Shown here piece after piece: positions 63,001 to 64,000 of a DNA stretch of 64,000 nt (its first letter is position 1; every line of letters starts with the position of its first letter). The stretch is from Phoronis australis (lineage: Eukaryota > Animalia > Phoronida): positions 1,098,101-1,162,100 of the forward strand of contig NMRA01000005.1 of NCBI GenBank assembly GCA_002633005.1, read 5' to 3'. Made by a program: the position numbers and the translations under genes. The notes beneath the pieces were generated by a model, which was not told the DNA's origin, ran no database searches, and saw only the letters and a list, made by a program, of their open reading frames with translations.

Positions 63001-63713
63001 GGATGAATATAATCAGACACACAAGACCCGGATGAATTTGGTCATATTCAGGTACGGCAGTGTTAATAGACTCCATACTGTTGTAAATGGTGGGGTGATT
63101 ACAGCGACATCTATACTGTTTTTCAGATTTTTTGTTTTAAATCTTTGTCGACATTCCAGTTTGCTTTTTTAATATTTTCAAACAAAACAGGGATTTAAGT
63201 TAAAAATATGAAGTCTACTGCGTGTTTTTTGTCTCGGGTAAAGCCAGTGTGTAAGTACTGTCACTGTGTTAAATGTTTTTTGTTGAATTTGTTAGTAAAA
63301 GACCAGGCTTTATCAACTGTATAATTATCGTTAAGTACCTTTGTTTGATAGTAATTATATACTTGCTGAGAATCTGTTTTGCTCTTGTATCAAAAAGATC
63401 TTAAAGTCGGACAAGATAATGTAGATTTTAGTTCTGTCTATTTTGAGACACGTGTCTGATCGTGATTTTTAATTTTACATTTTTTAAGCAAAATCGTCAA
63501 TAACTTAAACATATTTGCAGATATGTGTTGGAGCATTTGTCTCGTATCTGTCGCATCCTGCGCAGTCCTGGAGGTAATGCCCTCCTGGTGGGAGTGGGCG
63601 GTTCAGGCCGTCAATCTTTGACGCGCCTAGCAACCGCTATGGCAGGCTACACTCTGTTCCAGCCAGAGATTTCTAAGAACTATGGAATGAATGAGTGGAG
63701 AGAGGACATCAAG
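30845..63713 (+). CDS. DNAH12: Axonemal inner-arm dynein heavy chain, DNAH12-like; 36 coding exons (7026 nt, ~2342 aa), 3'-incomplete
   Basis: P-loops GPAGTGKT (AAA1), GEPFGCKT (AAA2), GPTGTGKS (AAA3), GVGGSGRQS (AAA4); [52 protein letters not shown]. The N-terminal tail ([39 protein letters not shown]) matches my recollection of vertebrate DNAH12 rather than DNAH3/7. All junctions GT-AG and in phase. Confidence 0.9.
31956..33555. mobile_element. 1.6-kb Kolobok-type non-autonomous DNA transposon in a DNAH12 intron
   Basis: TTAA on both sides (31952-31955, 33556-33559); TIR AAGGGGACTGTA / TACAGTTCCCTT (11/12); RR..YY termini; THAP remnant; second copy at 1-443. Confidence 0.82.
32249..32365 (+). 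pseudogene. Truncated THAP zinc-finger N-terminus of the transposase
   Basis: [27 protein letters not shown] resembles the THAP start M-x-x-C-x-x-x-GC-x-N..FHR; stop after 38 aa. Confidence 0.6.
33740..33833 (+). CDS. DNAH12: DNAH12 coding exon 2
   Basis: (M)[22 protein letters not shown]; phase 2/0. Confidence 0.72.
34463..34483 (+). CDS. DNAH12: Candidate alternative 21-nt DNAH12 microexon (FVRGYCK)
   Basis: TGTTTTACAG|21 nt|GTCAGT; phase 0/0, no stop. Confidence 0.35.
34641..35118. mobile_element. ~480-bp TTAA-flanked inverted-repeat element containing a tRNA-like sequence
   Basis: Terminal inverted repeat 32/39 identical by manual alignment; TTAA at 34637-34640 and 35119-35122. Confidence 0.6.
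34869..34942 (-). pseudogene. tRNA-like cloverleaf (GGT anticodon position); pseudo-tRNA or SINE head
   Basis: D stem GCTC/GAGC, anticodon stem TCTGC/GCAGA with 7-nt loop ATGGTTA, T loop TTCAAGA, A box TGGCTCATTGG; mismatches in acceptor and T stems. Confidence 0.65.
37268..37294 (+). CDS. DNAH12: DNAH12 coding exon 3, 27-nt microexon (MMSKDRRIR)
   Basis: Long pyrimidine tract, CCGTAG|27 nt|GTAAGT; phase 0/0; restores the PEYP..NY spacing recalled from vertebrate DNAH12. Confidence 0.7.
38008..38197 (+). CDS. DNAH12: DNAH12 coding exon 4
   Basis: [17 protein letters not shown]; phase 0/1. Confidence 0.88.
38624..38699 (+). CDS. DNAH12: DNAH12 coding exon 5
   Basis: (V)[17 protein letters not shown](T); phase 1/2. 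Confidence 0.85.
39418..39660 (+). CDS. DNAH12: DNAH12 coding exon 6
   Basis: [14 protein letters not shown](S); phase 2/2. Confidence 0.9.
40066..40177 (+). CDS. DNAH12: DNAH12 coding exon 7
   Basis: [15 protein letters not shown]; phase 2/0. Confidence 0.9.
40659..40890 (+). CDS. DNAH12: DNAH12 coding exon 8
   Basis: [23 protein letters not shown]; phase 0/1. Confidence 0.9.
41671..41732. repeat. 29-bp tandem duplication
   Basis: CTTTAAGGYGTCTGTTTGTCTCAGTGRTG x2. Confidence 0.85.
41871..41984 (+). CDS. DNAH12: DNAH12 coding exon 9
   Basis: (V)[18 protein letters not shown]; phase 1/1. Confidence 0.88.
42329..42599 (+). CDS. DNAH12: DNAH12 coding exon 10
   Basis: [24 protein letters not shown]; phase 1/2. 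Confidence 0.9.
43496..43889. mobile_element. Tc1/mariner (pogo-like) MITE, TA-flanked
   Basis: ~27-bp imperfect TIR TACCGGGATTTTCCGTAGATAAGCCCA vs reverse complement TACCAGGGTTTTCCATAGTTAAGCCCA; internal TAAACGCC..GGGCRTTT palindromes. Confidence 0.7.
44085..44346 (+). CDS. DNAH12: DNAH12 coding exon 11
   Basis: [30 protein letters not shown]; phase 2/0. Confidence 0.9.
44758..44964 (+). CDS. DNAH12: DNAH12 coding exon 12
   Basis: [22 protein letters not shown]; phase 0/0. Confidence 0.9.
45452..45573 (+). CDS. DNAH12: DNAH12 coding exon 13
   Basis: [17 protein letters not shown]; phase 0/2. Confidence 0.9.
46062..46347 (+). CDS. DNAH12: DNAH12 coding exon 14
   Basis: [17 protein letters not shown]; phase 2/0. 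Confidence 0.9.
46581..46735. repeat. 19-bp minisatellite, ~8 diverged copies
   Basis: Consensus CAGAGGGCATATTGTCCCA. Confidence 0.85.
47012..47197 (+). CDS. DNAH12: DNAH12 coding exon 15
   Basis: [25 protein letters not shown]; phase 0/0. Confidence 0.92.
47843..48064. repeat. 28-bp unit x3 followed by (GCGT)n and, after a spacer, (CA)n
   Basis: CCTGTATTTTAGTGTGTGTCAATGTGTW at 47843, 47871, 47899; CA run ~48035-48064. Confidence 0.9.
48352..48552 (+). CDS. DNAH12: DNAH12 coding exon 16
   Basis: [26 protein letters not shown]; phase 0/0. Confidence 0.93.
49005..49321 (+). CDS. DNAH12: DNAH12 coding exon 17
   Basis: [26 protein letters not shown](R); phase 0/2. Confidence 0.94.
50072..50354 (+). 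CDS. DNAH12: DNAH12 coding exon 18
   Basis: [26 protein letters not shown]; phase 2/0. Confidence 0.94.
50849..51125 (+). CDS. DNAH12: DNAH12 coding exon 19
   Basis: [24 protein letters not shown]; phase 0/1. Confidence 0.94.
51562..51712. mobile_element. PIF/Harbinger-like MITE, copy 2
   Basis: Homologous to 20685-20834; flanked by CTG on both sides. Confidence 0.7.
51884..52013 (+). CDS. DNAH12: DNAH12 coding exon 20
   Basis: [19 protein letters not shown](R); phase 1/2. Confidence 0.94.
52495..52690 (+). CDS. DNAH12: DNAH12 coding exon 21 (AAA1 Walker A)
   Basis: [31 protein letters not shown]; phase 2/0. Confidence 0.95.
53220..53312 (+). CDS. DNAH12: DNAH12 coding exon 22 (AAA1 Walker B)
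   Basis: [31 protein letters not shown]; phase 0/0. Confidence 0.95.
54005..54151 (+). CDS. DNAH12: DNAH12 coding exon 23
   Basis: [25 protein letters not shown]; phase 0/0. Confidence 0.95.
54702..54947 (+). CDS. DNAH12: DNAH12 coding exon 24
   Basis: [31 protein letters not shown]; phase 0/0. Confidence 0.95.
55358..55587 (+). CDS. DNAH12: DNAH12 coding exon 25
   Basis: [24 protein letters not shown](G); phase 0/2. Confidence 0.94.
56095..56281 (+). CDS. DNAH12: DNAH12 coding exon 26 (AAA2 P-loop)
   Basis: [33 protein letters not shown]; phase 2/0. Confidence 0.94.
56366..57159. mobile_element. hAT-like MITE with a 6-bp flanking direct repeat (true length probably ~495 bp)
   Basis: Perfect 13-bp TIR CAGGGCTTGGAAT / ATTCCAAGCCCTG; GTATTA on both sides. 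Confidence 0.8.
56447..57043. repeat. ~299-bp direct duplication split by a single N (probable assembly overlap)
   Basis: 56447-56745 vs 56747-57043 differ by a few substitutions and homopolymer lengths; N at 56746. Confidence 0.85.
57356..57580 (+). CDS. DNAH12: DNAH12 coding exon 27
   Basis: [36 protein letters not shown]; phase 0/0. Confidence 0.95.
58115..58300 (+). CDS. DNAH12: DNAH12 coding exon 28
   Basis: [19 protein letters not shown]; phase 0/0. Confidence 0.94.
58720..58845 (+). CDS. DNAH12: DNAH12 coding exon 29
   Basis: [20 protein letters not shown]; phase 0/0. Confidence 0.88.
59077..59265 (+). CDS. DNAH12: DNAH12 coding exon 30
   Basis: [22 protein letters not shown]; phase 0/0. 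Confidence 0.9.
59617..59768 (+). CDS. DNAH12: DNAH12 coding exon 31
   Basis: [25 protein letters not shown]; phase 0/2. Confidence 0.92.
60120..60255 (+). CDS. DNAH12: DNAH12 coding exon 32 (AAA3 Walker A)
   Basis: [25 protein letters not shown]; phase 2/0. Confidence 0.95.
60566..60925 (+). CDS. DNAH12: DNAH12 coding exon 33
   Basis: [29 protein letters not shown]; phase 0/0. Confidence 0.95.
61629..61909 (+). CDS. DNAH12: DNAH12 coding exon 34
   Basis: [31 protein letters not shown]; phase 0/2. Confidence 0.93.
62334..62465 (+). mobile_element. hAT-like MITE copy (3'-truncated)
   Basis: Same start and internal GTCAGACATTCGCACCCC..AATGGAATC as 18922-19080. Confidence 0.7.
62785..63051 (+). 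CDS. DNAH12: DNAH12 coding exon 35
   Basis: [26 protein letters not shown](R); phase 2/2. Confidence 0.93.
63521..63713 (+). CDS. DNAH12: DNAH12 coding exon 36 (AAA4 P-loop)
   Basis: [29 protein letters not shown]; phase 2/0. Confidence 0.95.
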
Positions 63714-63984
63714 GTGAGTAATAATTTTTAAAAAACAAGTTGTGTGAGTTTTGCAATGTCCCGGTATGTATCTTTTGTGATGGAATAACTGCCAGAAGTA
63801 ATTGCACTAAATGACCTGCAATTCATTAGCATAATAGTCGTCCATGGTTACAAAGAATCACAGTTAAGTTAAAAGTATGTGGGGATTATGAAGACATGCT
63901 GCATGGTGCGTCATGACATCAAATTTGCTGCCAGTGGAATTAGCTGACATGATGGGGACTAGTATTTTCTCAATTTTCTGTTAG

Positions 63985-64000
63985 ATTATTTTGCACAAAA
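63985..64000 (+). CDS. DNAH12: Possible start of DNAH12 coding exon 37 (IILHK..), cut by the window edge
   Basis: Acceptor-like TTTTCTGTTAG followed by an open phase-0 frame; only 16 nt visible. Confidence 0.35.

Overview
AT-rich, intron-rich metazoan genomic DNA (probably an invertebrate; the species cannot be read from the sequence), with one 360-N gap (2522-2881) and one single-N join (56746). Three protein-coding genes were reconstructed by hand from GT-AG junctions and codon phase. (1) The first coding exon of an SLC6 Na+/Cl- amino-acid/neurotransmitter transporter (minus, 14124-14358); no further exon was found in the window. (2) A complete IQUB gene (minus, 10 coding exons, 28653->21759, ~918 aa). 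(3) The 5' part of a DNAH12-like axonemal inner-arm dynein heavy chain (plus, 36 phase-consistent coding exons, 30845-63713, ~2340 aa, tail/linker through the AAA4 P-loop), continuing past the window end. IQUB and DNAH12 lie head-to-head, with putative non-coding first exons only a few hundred bp apart around CRE and RFX-like motifs. The rest is transposon debris: a TTAA-flanked Kolobok-type element (two copies, THAP remnant), a decayed Academ (XPG + Cys-rich) element, a CR1/L2-group LINE 3' end, several MITE families, tRNA-derived sequences and tandem repeats. The best leads are the IQUB-DNAH12 divergent pair, an intronic minisatellite made of X-box + forkhead motifs, two frame-preserving DNAH12 microexons, and a TIR element that carries a near-complete tRNA cloverleaf. 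No database search was possible; all family calls rest on recalled motifs.
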